Notes: generated by a model not told the origin, from the sequence alone. 24,000 bases of DNA from Cardiobacteriaceae bacterium TAE3-ERU3 (GCA_019218315.1 JAHUUI010000003.1:58443-82442); one strand, 5' to 3'; shown: positions 10,286 through 18,765, counted from the stretch's first letter. Translations and numbers: made by a program.

Positions 10286-11407
10286 TTAGGCTTGATACCA
10301 CTCAAGCAATTCCAAAGATTGATCAAGGCAAATGATATCTTCAACGCGGCGGTTGATGATACTGCCAAGGTCATCACGATCAATATAATGTGCCGGTGTG
10401 GTTACACTCATGCGCAACGCACTTTCAAGGTCGGCCTTCATATAACGCACTGCATTTTGCAGGCAACGCAATAAGGTGACGTGTGCACCTGCCAAAGAAC
10501 CGAACTCATTGACGAGGCGATCTTCTTCGACGAATACCTTTTGCCCAGTAAGATCAAAACTCTTAATGTCGGTACCAATGGTATGCATTGAATCTGTGAC
10601 CAACATCAAATGGTCATCACCAAGCAAGCGATAAGCAGTTTCCAACGCATAAGGGTGACTGTGCACTGCGTCGGCAATAATACCAGCGTACAAGCCCAAG
10701 CTAACCGCACTACCCACAGGACCAGGATCACGGCCACTAACCGGGCGCATCGCATTATACAAGTGGGTAATACCAGTCAAGCCCTCAGCGACGGCACTGC
10801 GCAAATCTTCATGGGTTGCCATGCTGTGCGCCATATTGACGTTCAGCCCCATTTCTGCGAAGCGAGCAACAGTACCTTTTGGCACTTGCTCAGGTGCAAG
10901 GGAAACGATACTGTGCTGTAACACATCCGCATACTGTTCAAAACAAGCAAAATCACTGTCATCCGGTATGCGAATAAAATCAGGGCGATGCGTACCTTTT
11001 TTCTCGACACACAGGAATGGGCCTTCAAAATGCCCACCAATCAAACCGGGAATACCGGCTTTGATACCATCAGCCACCGAGGCAATGGCCTTATGGTATT
11101 TGTCTTGTGTATCAGTGATAAAGGTTGGCAACATTGCAACCGTACCAAATTGACGGTGTCCGGCAAGAATAGTCTTGATGCCATCATGAGAATAATCGTC
11201 ATTAAACAGCACACCGCCACCACCGTTGGCCTGCGTTTCGACAAATCCCGGTGTCAGAACGCCATCTATAACGATTGGTTCAACGCCGTCAGGACATTGC
11301 TCGAGTGCCACGATTGCCTTCGTCACGCCATTTTCGACTTTGAGCAAGTAATCGTCGCGCAATTTGCCTTTATGAAATAGCTGTTGAGGTTGATAGTACT
11401 GTGTCAT
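10286..11407 (-). CDS. agaA: N-acetylgalactosamine-6-phosphate / N-acetylglucosamine-6-phosphate deacetylase (NagA family)
   Basis: 373 aa. It has the NagA-family metal and substrate motifs (TPGFVETQANGGGGVLFND, HFEGPF, MAHS, THLYNAM). It is the last gene of the aga-type operon. GGAGAG SD. Confidence 0.85.
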   Translation of the reverse strand: MTQYYQPQQLFHKGKLRDDYLLKVENGVTKAIVALEQCPDGVEPIVIDGVLTPGFVETQANGGGGVLFNDDYSHDGIKTILAGHRQFGTVAMLPTFITDTQDKYHKAIASVADGIKAGIPGLIGGHFEGPFLCVEKKGTHRPDFIRIPDDSDFACFEQYADVLQHSIVSLAPEQVPKGTVARFAEMGLNVNMAHSMATHEDLRSAVAEGLTGITHLYNAMRPVSGRDPGPVGSAVSLGLYAGIIADAVHSHPYALETAYRLLGDDHLMLVTDSMHTIGTDIKSFDLTGQKVFVEEDRLVNEFGSLAGAHVTLLRCLQNAVRYMKADLESALRMSVTTPAHYIDRDDLGSIINRRVEDIICLDQSLELLEWYQA

Positions 11408-11434
11408 GACTAACTCTCCATTAAATAAAGTGAA

Positions 11435-11875
11435 TTAAATCCCGTCGTCGTCAGCGGCGTCCTGTTTTTTCTGCGCCTGACTGGCGAGTTTATCTGAATA
11501 CAGCGTCATACATTCCTGAGCACTGCTGATAAGCTCTCGAGCAAAGGCTTTTAAATCATCTGCATCATCTCGTTCTACGCAAGCTTCTGTCAGCATTTGC
11601 AAATTCGCACCGCTAACCACTTCAGCATTAGGTAGAGCTGTGGCGAGTGCCGCACATTCACGGAATGGTGTGCCGCCGATAATGTCGGTAAGGAAAAGAA
11701 TTGGGCCATCTGCACTTTCTACACATGCACTAAGCTTTTCACGCAGTACTTCAGGGGTCATGCCTTCACTAAAGTTCACCGCATCGCAGGCTGGGCTGTC
11801 ACCGCATAACAAACGGGCTCCGGAAAGTAAGCCTTCTGCAAACTCACCGTGGCCGGAAACAATAATATGAATCAT
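11435..11875 (-). CDS. agaF: PTS mannose-family EIIA component (galactosamine/N-acetylgalactosamine type)
   Basis: Starts at MIHIIVSGHGEFAEGLL, which contains the EIIA-Man phosphorylatable His. GGAGAG SD lies 8 nt upstream of the ATG at complement 11873-11875. The 8-codon extension in the ORF track lacks an SD. Confidence 0.85.
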   Translation of the reverse strand: MIHIIVSGHGEFAEGLLSGARLLCGDSPACDAVNFSEGMTPEVLREKLSACVESADGPILFLTDIIGGTPFRECAALATALPNAEVVSGANLQMLTEACVERDDADDLKAFARELISSAQECMTLYSDKLASQAQKKQDAADDDGI

Positions 11876-11904
11876 AGAATCTCTCCAAAGAGCATTCAAG
11901 ACGA

Positions 11905-11933
11905 GATTGCACCGGCCAAAGACCGGTGCAATC
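11905..11933 (-). other. Intercistronic stem-loop between EIID and EIIA
   Basis: A perfect 11-bp inverted repeat, GATTGCACCGG (11905-11915) with CCGGTGCAATC (11923-11933), has a 7-nt loop. No U-tract follows on the coding (minus) strand. Confidence 0.5.
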
Positions 11934-11948
11934 GATAGAGTAGGCTTA

Positions 11949-12899
11949 TTACTGCCCTACAGCTTGAGCTGCAGTTTCAATGCCCATACGAACATCAAGT
12001 ACAGCTGGGTCGATGATATCGACGCCAAAAGCCATTTTGACTACAACAGGAAGCAAGGTGCAGAACAGACCAAATACGACGGTCATGATAACCAGACGCA
12101 GTGGTGAGCTGCCCTTCTTAATCCGCCACAGGATAAACATTGTCCACAGCAGTGGTAATAATGCCGGCATGATTGGATCAATCAAGCTACCTTGCAAAGT
12201 ATAGACAAATGGTTCTGCTGTGCCTTTAACATAGCGGGTCAATTGCAGGCCTGAATCAAGCTTGACGTAGCTTGCAGTCATCGCACCGATAACGGTCAAA
12301 CCAACAATGGATGCAGCATGCGCGAGTTTGCGCGTCTGATCCTTAAGGCTCTTGATCGCCGAAATACCCATCTTGTAACCGTAGCTAGCCAAGCCGAAAC
12401 GCAGTGCAAAGTGCACAACGTTGAACAGTACCAAGAAGAAAACCGGACCAAGCCACGAGCCATTCAGTGAAAATGATGCACCGACACCACCACAGATCGA
12501 TAGCAGAGTCAGCCAAAATACTGCATCACCGATACCGCCACCTGGTCCCATGGTTGAAACCTTAATTGCACGGATGGTATCAATACGTTCTTTCGATTCT
12601 TCCATCGCCAGAATCAGACCAGAGATGAAGGTAACGAGGAACGGGTGAGTATTGAAAAATTCCAAGTGCATTGCCATGGACTTTTTCAAGTCATTTTCGT
12701 TCTTATGGATTTTACGCAGCCCCGGCATGATGGTATAGAGCCAGCCGTTAGCCTGCATACGTTCGTAGTTGAATGACGCTTGCAATAAAAGCGAACGCCA
12801 CGCCATAGTACGGATGTCTTTCGGAGTGATGACCTTATTGACGGTTTTGTCTTCGTATTCACCAGTCACGAATTCGACGTTAGTATTTTGCTGTTCCAT
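11949..12899 (-). CDS. PTS mannose-family EIID component
   Basis: 316 aa. It has the EIID signature near the N-terminus (ITPKDIRTMAWRSLLLQASFNYERMQANGWLYTIMPGL) and multiple TM segments. Its start overlaps the EIIC stop (TAATG). Confidence 0.9.
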   Translation of the reverse strand: MEQQNTNVEFVTGEYEDKTVNKVITPKDIRTMAWRSLLLQASFNYERMQANGWLYTIMPGLRKIHKNENDLKKSMAMHLEFFNTHPFLVTFISGLILAMEESKERIDTIRAIKVSTMGPGGGIGDAVFWLTLLSICGGVGASFSLNGSWLGPVFFLVLFNVVHFALRFGLASYGYKMGISAIKSLKDQTRKLAHAASIVGLTVIGAMTASYVKLDSGLQLTRYVKGTAEPFVYTLQGSLIDPIMPALLPLLWTMFILWRIKKGSSPLRLVIMTVVFGLFCTLLPVVVKMAFGVDIIDPAVLDVRMGIETAAQAVGQ

Positions 12900-13693
12900 T
12901 AGATGCCCTCCTCTTCTTCTGCACCACTGGCTACCGCGCCCTTTTCAGGAATGCTGTCGCGCAGGAAATATTCAATCAGCGCAAAGACGGTACCGACCAA
13001 TGCAATTGCCAGCAAAGGTTGCTCGAAGTACGCAGCCAGCAAGAAGCCGAGCATATAGTAGGCAATGTATTGGCGTTGCAACATGATATTGAGCAAGATG
13101 CCGAAGCCAATTGCAGGCATCAAACCACCAGCCACTTGCAGACCATCTGTAATCCATTTTGGAATAAGATCTACCAATGTACGCGCAGCATCCGCACCAA
13201 AGTAGATGACGGAGAATGCGATCACGAAGTAGAACAGGAACAAAATGCTCATACCAATGTAGTTTAGGTTCGCCAAGCCACGGAAATTGAGTTTTTCCGC
13301 ATAACCATCAGCGACACTCATCAATGGTGAGAACGCAGTGAACAGGAAAGTGATACAAACCTGCACAAAGATCGCAAACGGCACTGCAACGAGGATCGCC
13401 TGCTCTGCTGTCTGCCCTGTGATGATGGCAAATGCAGTACCGATGATACCGCCGAGTACCACGTTTGGTGGCTGCGCACCGGCGAGTGGTACAAGCCCCA
13501 TCCACATCAGTTCAAAAGTCGCACCAGCAACCAGACCTGCTTCAGGGTTACCAAGGATAAACCCAACAATCGGGCCGGTAATAATAGGACGGTGAATATG
13601 GGTCAGAACGTTAAACAGATCAATCCCCGCAAACCCCGCAAAAAGGGCAACGGCCAAGGCCTGCCACAAGGTTACGTCAGCTATTGCTTCCAT
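12899..13693 (-). CDS. PTS mannose-family EIIC component
   Basis: 264 aa, a polytopic membrane protein typical of AgaC/AgaW/ManY (GLVPLAGAQPPNVVLGGIIGTAFAI). AAGGAG SD. Confidence 0.9.
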   Translation of the reverse strand: MEAIADVTLWQALAVALFAGFAGIDLFNVLTHIHRPIITGPIVGFILGNPEAGLVAGATFELMWMGLVPLAGAQPPNVVLGGIIGTAFAIITGQTAEQAILVAVPFAIFVQVCITFLFTAFSPLMSVADGYAEKLNFRGLANLNYIGMSILFLFYFVIAFSVIYFGADAARTLVDLIPKWITDGLQVAGGLMPAIGFGILLNIMLQRQYIAYYMLGFLLAAYFEQPLLAIALVGTVFALIEYFLRDSIPEKGAVASGAEEEEGI

Positions 13694-13705
13694 TACTGTC
13701 TCCTT

Positions 13706-14182
13706 TTAATCAAAGAGTGAAAGTATAGGTACTTTCTTGTCATCCGGTGTACCCTGCGCGGTGCAAGTCACCCCCTTTTCTTCCAGTTCGCGGAAGCAAC
13801 GAATATCGTCTTCCGTGACCGAAATTACTTTGCTTACCTGCTTTTTGCCTTCTGCAAAATGCAGGTTACCCACATTAATCTTATCGATTGGCACGCCCCC
13901 TTCTACCAGCTTGAGCGCATTTTGCGGTGTACGTACAACGATAAAAATCTTTTGGCGATCCGCCGCCTTGTGAATAACATCAATCGTTTTTTGTAAGGTG
14001 AAATAACGCGACTGCGCTCCACCGGCAATCGCCATGTCCATCAGTGCTTGCTGGTTTTCATCAGCAGCCAACTCATCATCGGCGACAAGAACAAGATTGG
14101 CTCCGAGCCAATTTGTCCAAGTCATGCCAACCTGCCCGTGAATCAGGCGGTTATCAATACGTGTCAGTAAAATATTGGGCAT
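13706..14182 (-). CDS. PTS mannose-family EIIB component
   Basis: Starts at MPNILLTRIDNRLIHGQV, the EIIB-Man phospho-His motif. AAGGAG lies 7 nt upstream of the ATG at complement 14180-14182. The track's TTG start at 14200 would contain that SD. Confidence 0.9.
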   Translation of the reverse strand: MPNILLTRIDNRLIHGQVGMTWTNWLGANLVLVADDELAADENQQALMDMAIAGGAQSRYFTLQKTIDVIHKAADRQKIFIVVRTPQNALKLVEGGVPIDKINVGNLHFAEGKKQVSKVISVTEDDIRCFRELEEKGVTCTAQGTPDDKKVPILSLFD

Positions 14183-14219
14183 ATGTTTCTCCTTCGTCAA
14201 TTAAAAGGCTGGCGGAGGC

Positions 14220-14251
14220 GGCACCAAGCATAATGCTAGATACTTGGCGCC
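14220..14251 (-). other. Intercistronic stem-loop between agaS and EIIB
   Basis: A 9-bp stem (plus coordinates 14220-14228 and 14243-14251) has a 14-nt loop. The one non-Watson-Crick position is G-U on the minus-strand RNA but A-C on the plus strand. Confidence 0.45.
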
Positions 14252-14266
14252 AATCTCTCTAGATAT

Positions 14267-14275
14267 ATTATATCA
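14267..14275 (-). promoter_or_regulatory. Candidate extended -10 element (internal promoter for the PTS genes)
   Basis: The minus strand reads TGATATAAT (TGnTATAAT) 12 nt downstream of the agaS stop. I saw no convincing -35. Confidence 0.3.
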
Positions 14276-14286
14276 ATTTGTTAATT

Positions 14287-15456
14287 TCATTGTCCATAAG
14301 GATATAGCGTTACGCCCTGTACAACGCGATTTACCTCACCACTTGGGCATGGGTTATCAGGTGAAATATCAAGCCCGATAGACAAACGCAATCCAAGCAG
14401 TTGGACGTGTTGTACACCTAACACAGCCAATACATCATCCGGCGCACTATCAAGCGCGACGCCGTAAGCCAGACAATCAACCATATCGTGCTCGCCAAAC
14501 TCCGGATAACGCTCAAAGAAAGCAGCACTGGCAATCGCAACCACGCGCGCAGCTTGTCCATCTTTCGCCAATTCACGAATGATATCGGCGTCAAACTGCT
14601 GGGTATAGCTGTTGTTACTCACCAGCACAACAATTACCGTTTCGTTATTAACCAATGATTTTGGGCCGTGGCGGAAACCAAGTGATGTTTCAGCCATAGT
14701 TGGAATAACACCGGCGGTCATTTCCAGAATTTTCAGCGCAGATTCACGCGCAGCGCCAAACATTGCGTTACTGCCCAAGAAGACCAGGCGCTTGGCATTA
14801 GCCATGCGATCATATACATCAGTGTTATAACCATCTTCGCAGATACGTGCACTTTCTTTGGCGGCAACCTCGAAATCCGGTAATGCCTGACCAGTTGCCT
14901 TACGGCACAGAGATGCCGTATAGAGCGTCATGGTTGAAAAGCTTGAAGTCATCACAAAGCTTTCATCATGCGTTGCAGGTGGCATCAGCAGGCTGATTAC
15001 GCGATCATCTTTCGCCAGCTTACCGTTTTCGTTACAAGTTACCCCTACCGGGCGTACATCAGGTGCAACAGCGGCAATTTTCTCGACGCTATCGACGCTT
15101 TCCGGTGAATTACCAGAACGCGCAAATGCAAACAGCAAGCCATGTGCGCCCTTGCTCACGCAAGCTGCCGGATCACTGACGATATCGGTGCTGGCACTGG
15201 CATAAGCCCGTGCCTTGACTAATGGCGTTACCGTTGGGGCAACGATTTCCCCAACATAAGCCGACGTACCCGCACCGCTGAACAAAACACTCGCAGTACT
15301 GTCATTGAGTACTTCACCAATTTCACGCACTGCTTGCGCATCGCGCTCAAGTAATGCTGGAATTTCCTGCCAGCTTTCACCTTGTGCCGCTATTTCGCGT
15401 GCTGTTGCCGTCGCACCCTTTTCTGCAAAATAGTTTTTGTCGTGTTGACCAATCAT
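14287..15456 (-). CDS. agaS: Galactosamine-6-phosphate deaminase/isomerase AgaS (tandem SIS domains)
   Basis: 389 aa. The layout is AgaS-like (FSGAGTSAYVG, ARSGNSPES, second SIS with GFRHGPKS). Its start overlaps the agaZ stop (ATGA). GGAGG SD. Confidence 0.9.
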   Translation of the reverse strand: MIGQHDKNYFAEKGATATAREIAAQGESWQEIPALLERDAQAVREIGEVLNDSTASVLFSGAGTSAYVGEIVAPTVTPLVKARAYASASTDIVSDPAACVSKGAHGLLFAFARSGNSPESVDSVEKIAAVAPDVRPVGVTCNENGKLAKDDRVISLLMPPATHDESFVMTSSFSTMTLYTASLCRKATGQALPDFEVAAKESARICEDGYNTDVYDRMANAKRLVFLGSNAMFGAARESALKILEMTAGVIPTMAETSLGFRHGPKSLVNNETVIVVLVSNNSYTQQFDADIIRELAKDGQAARVVAIASAAFFERYPEFGEHDMVDCLAYGVALDSAPDDVLAVLGVQHVQLLGLRLSIGLDISPDNPCPSGEVNRVVQGVTLYPYGQ

Positions 15457-16736
15457 ACATTGCCTCCAGCTGCTGCTTTATAGTAAGGAGTTAGTGCGAA
15501 ACGCACATGTTGACGCATCAGGTTCAGCGCAGTCAGCTCTTCGCCGCGGTCATGGCAAACTTCCAATGCCTGTGGCAAGTACTGATGCAGCACGCCATAA
15601 GGCATTTTCTTCTCGTCATAAACTTTGATGAACTTCTCAATTTCTGCCTGAATGTCAGGATGCGGCCAGTAATAACGTACACGATCTGACAAGCTATAAG
15701 TACGCAATAACGCCAACTCATGCTCATCACCGTGGTAATACTTCTGCCAACGACCAGGCTCGGCACACATCACCCTTTCAACCACAGCCGGAACATCGAC
15801 GTCAGCATCAGGATAAACAGCCAGCAGCGCACGGTTCAGCGCATACAAAGCTTCGCGATAAGCAAAAGTCAAAGCTGGGCCAACTTTCAAAATGGCAAAG
15901 TGGTCGCGTACCAGATTCGCCATACCTGAGCCAGTTTGATAATCTGTTGAATGTGCTTCAAATACCGCATGTTCAAAATCATTGGCCAGCTTAGACAAAT
16001 CAACAGCGCGTTCTGGCTGATAATCCACAACCTGATGGTGGTCAAATTCAACACCCGGCTGGACGACCAATCCAATGACGCGAGACCATACATCCTCACC
16101 TAAACCATGCTCGGCAAAGATTTGCTTGTGTACAGCGTATGTCTGCTTCGCTGCTTCTGGAGTTGTCGGTACCACACCTTCTTCAAGATCTTCCTGCGCA
16201 CCACCCGGTACTGGCACTTCTGTACCAATGATATAAACCACCGGTTTGGTGCGCGCTTCTTCAGCAATTTTGCACAAGCGTGCAGCGCGCTCAGCGACCG
16301 TCTTGTCATCAAGCGGTACCGGATCATCAGCACAGCTCATGCTGCAATCAAGGTGAATTTTGTCAAAACCAGCTTTAGCGTACTGACGAATCAACTCATC
16401 AGAGAGCTCCATCGCCTCTTTAGCTGGCTTGTCCTGCCAAGTATTTGGGCCAAGGTGATCACCCCCAAAAACCAGACGATCTTCAGGGAAACCACTATCG
16501 AGCACCTTTTTGCGTGTCTGAGTAATAAATTCCTGTGGCGTTAAGCCCATATAGCCACCAAACTGATCGACCTGATTGGATGTCGATTCAATCAACAACA
16601 CAGCATCATGTGCCAACGCCTCCTGTACAGCTGCGTCCAGCACCACAGGGTGTGCACTGCACACCGAGACCACGCCACCTTTACCAGTGCGTTTATGTTC
16701 AGCAATAATTTCTGCCAATAGAGACGTATCGACCAT
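15453..16736 (-). CDS. agaZ: GatZ/KbaZ-family tagatose-phosphate pathway protein AgaZ
   Basis: 427 aa. It matches the GatZ/KbaZ family from memory (VCSAHPVVLDAA...LLIESTSNQVDQFGGYMGLTPQEF...GGDHLGPN). AAGGAG SD. Confidence 0.9.
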   Translation of the reverse strand: MVDTSLLAEIIAEHKRTGKGGVVSVCSAHPVVLDAAVQEALAHDAVLLIESTSNQVDQFGGYMGLTPQEFITQTRKKVLDSGFPEDRLVFGGDHLGPNTWQDKPAKEAMELSDELIRQYAKAGFDKIHLDCSMSCADDPVPLDDKTVAERAARLCKIAEEARTKPVVYIIGTEVPVPGGAQEDLEEGVVPTTPEAAKQTYAVHKQIFAEHGLGEDVWSRVIGLVVQPGVEFDHHQVVDYQPERAVDLSKLANDFEHAVFEAHSTDYQTGSGMANLVRDHFAILKVGPALTFAYREALYALNRALLAVYPDADVDVPAVVERVMCAEPGRWQKYYHGDEHELALLRTYSLSDRVRYYWPHPDIQAEIEKFIKVYDEKKMPYGVLHQYLPQALEVCHDRGEELTALNLMRQHVRFALTPYYKAAAGGNV

Positions 16737-16753
16737 GACTTACTCCTTGCGTT

Positions 16754-17536
16754 TTAAGTTGCAACCATCACACGGATATTATGCTCGTGGCATATATCCA
16801 AATAAGATTTAGGCATCTCTTCATCAACAACGATGCCGGTAATATGTTCGAAAGAAAGGACGTGGCGAAATGACTTACGGCCAAACTTGCTCACATCTAC
16901 CAATAAATACACTTCATCTGCATGCTGTGCCATCAGCTCCGTCAAGCGGGCATTGAGCTCATTGCTGCTGGTCAGCTCGGCATCGGTATCAATGCCATCA
17001 ATACCGATAAATGCTTTCGCAAAGTGGTACTGCTTCAAATTTGCATGAGCCATCGTGCCACCGAAAGCCATAATGTCTTTACGCAGCTCGCCGCCTAATG
17101 CATAAAGCTGGGTATGCTGATGCAAGCTCAAAAGCCCCAGTGCCTCAAGACTATTTGCCATCACATTAATCGGCAAATCAGGCAACGCGCGCGCCATTTC
17201 CAAGGTAGTCGTACCACCGCCAATAATGATTGCACCCTCGCTACCATCAACCAAATTTAGCGCAGCATAGCGACCGATGCGTTCTTTAATCTTTTGGCGT
17301 ACAGGATCTTGTTCTTTACTTTGGCTGGCCGTAAAAAACCGCTGACACAACACTGCGCCGCCAGATTCACGCCGTGCCACACCTTGTGATTGCAAATGAT
17401 CCAAATCGCGATAAATGGTCATCAGTGACACACCAAACTCATCTGCTAGAGCTTGCGAAGAAACAATTCCTTCATGCATCAAGCGCTGCTGGATTGCTTC
17501 TCTTCTCTGAACGGAGTTTTTCCCAGAAGTGGTCAT
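16754..17536 (-). CDS. agaR: DeoR-family transcriptional repressor, AgaR-like
   Basis: 260 aa. N-terminal DeoR HTH (RREAIQQRLMHEGIVSSQALADEFGVSLMTIYRDLDHL) plus a C-terminal sugar-phosphate sensor domain. It is only 17 nt upstream of agaZ and co-directional with it. Confidence 0.85.
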   Translation of the reverse strand: MTTSGKNSVQRREAIQQRLMHEGIVSSQALADEFGVSLMTIYRDLDHLQSQGVARRESGGAVLCQRFFTASQSKEQDPVRQKIKERIGRYAALNLVDGSEGAIIIGGGTTTLEMARALPDLPINVMANSLEALGLLSLHQHTQLYALGGELRKDIMAFGGTMAHANLKQYHFAKAFIGIDGIDTDAELTSSNELNARLTELMAQHADEVYLLVDVSKFGRKSFRHVLSFEHITGIVVDEEMPKSYLDICHEHNIRVMVAT

Positions 17537-17562
17537 ACTATCATCCTTTGTTTCTATTTGTG

Positions 17563-17592
17563 ATTATATGTTAAAAACCTATATTTTGGCAA
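17563..17592 (-). promoter_or_regulatory. Candidate sigma70 promoter of the agaR-led operon
   Basis: The minus strand reads TTGCCA (complement 17587-17592), 18-nt spacer, TATAAT (complement 17563-17568). It sits about 27 nt upstream of the agaR ATG region. The downstream T/A-periodic tract at 17541-17562 could be an operator. Confidence 0.4.
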
Positions 17593-17680
17593 CACATTTA
17601 CTCTACCAAAACACCTTTGATTTGCCGTAATTATTCCATAAAACCAAGCAAATGGCATGTAATGTAAAAAAATTCTCCAT

Positions 17681-17730
17681 AAATTGATAATACCTTAAGC
17701 ATCACATGTTTAAGGTATTATTATCAATTT
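17681..17730. repeat. Long imperfect inverted repeat / hairpin
   Basis: The left arm AAATTGATAATACCTTAA (17681-17698) pairs with TTAAGGTATTATTATCAATTT (17710-17730). Eighteen matched positions are interrupted by a 3-nt bulge, and the loop is 11 nt. Confidence 0.6.
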
Positions 17731-18154
17731 GGATTTCACTCAGAACCAATTTGTCTCTCGATGCTAATTTTTATCAATAATAACAATTATATATTATTCG
17801 CAAATAAGCCTTATGTGACTCATACAGTGATTGAAATTTTATGCTGTACATCTACACCGCTAACTCAGAATCATGCACGGTCTATCCTTTTATTAGATCT
17901 GCACTGGCCTAAAAGCTACGAACTAATATAAAACTTTGCAATATTACTAAAGTTATTCTGGGCAGCTTTTAAGCAACTAAAATAAATAACAAAGTTTTAC
18001 AAAATAACAAATACTTTTAATATTGGAAAAAGAGCTTTCAAAGCAGCAAATATTGTCTTTATAAAAACTCTTGCCATGGAGCAATTAACATAAGATGTGT
18101 GAAGTAGAGCTAACTATATTAATTTTTAAAATTTAATCACCAAAAATTCAATTT

Positions 18155-18765
18155 ATGCTGATTTGTATAGCTTAAAAGATGGGGTTACTACCGCTGCTGA
18201 CTGTAACACAGACTTAAGTTAAGGCATGGCTGTAAAATTAGCAAAAGCCGGCTAGCACACCGTCAGCATTAAGCGCAATGAAGCAAATGGGACTAAAAGC
18301 CAAGATTAGGAAAGTAAATATCTCAATGTTTATCCAAACCCGCTCAAACAGAAGCACATTCCAAATATCACTGAAAAATTAGTAGCCAAGCAACTCATCA
18401 AGCAAGGTAGCGATGGCAAGATCATCCACATAACATCCATTGCTCTCTTTCCAAGGTAACATCCACTTGCTTTAACTACACAGTTTCAAAAAGCAGCGTT
18501 ATGAGCATTACCCTCCTTCTGGCAAATGAATGGGCTAAAGATAACATCAATGTTAATGCTGGCTACAGATAATACAGCGGTGCAGCGCACTAACGAAGAA
18601 CACGGCGCGGAAATTCTCAGCTGGATAGCGGGCAAACTATCTGGATTATCTGGTCCTATCACTCTTTTGACATCAGCTGTTTTCGATGACAGAAATAGCT
18701 ACACTATTGCTGTTGATGGTAATTTGTTAGCACATAAAACCCTTGACTCAATATCTTCATATTGA
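18155..18765 (+). pseudogene. kduD: Decayed kduD-like short-chain dehydrogenase (2-dehydro-3-deoxy-D-gluconate 5-dehydrogenase family)
   Basis: Frame-1 translation follows remembered KduD in order: LKDGVTTAADCNTDLS*GMAVKLAKAG* (cf LEGKVAVVTGCDTGLGQGMALGLAQAG), then KQLIKQGSDGKIIHITSIALFPR* (cf FIAQGNGGKIINIASMLSFQGG). After a frameshift comes KAALMSITLLLANEWAKDNINVNA (cf ANEWAKHNINVNAIAPGY). The end reads ATDNT...EILSWIAGKLSGLSGPITLLTSAVFDDRNSYTIAVDG (cf ATNNT...[41 protein letters not shown]). In-frame stops lie at 18220, 18253, 18307, 18457 and 18502. There are at least two frameshifts and an internal deletion of roughly 50-80 codons. Confidence 0.75.

Noticed and set aside
11949-12899. The slightly long EIID (316 aa), considered as a fusion or mis-started gene
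   Set aside because: The conserved EIID N-terminal motif (DIR...FNYERMQ) requires a start well upstream of the next Met. The extra residues are short terminal tails with no recognisable domain.
17603-17680. A 25-codon hydrophobic mini-ORF on the minus strand (MENFFTLHAICLVLWNNYGKSKVFW) next to the long inverted repeat, considered as a type I toxin-like peptide
   Set aside because: It has no SD, no recognisable antisense RNA partner, and lies in AT-rich DNA where such ORFs arise by chance. There is no supporting evidence.
17984-18011. The direct repeat AAATAACAAA occurring twice (17984-17993, 18002-18011), considered as a tandem, iteron or CRISPR-like repeat
   Set aside because: There are only two short copies in very AT-rich sequence, with no array structure or conserved spacing. 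This is compatible with chance.
18526-18765. The 79-aa ORF as a stand-alone gene
   Set aside because: Its sequence is the C-terminal third of a KduD-like SDR (…SYTIAVDG…). The rest of that SDR lies upstream in broken frames, so it is a pseudogene fragment. It also has no SD.
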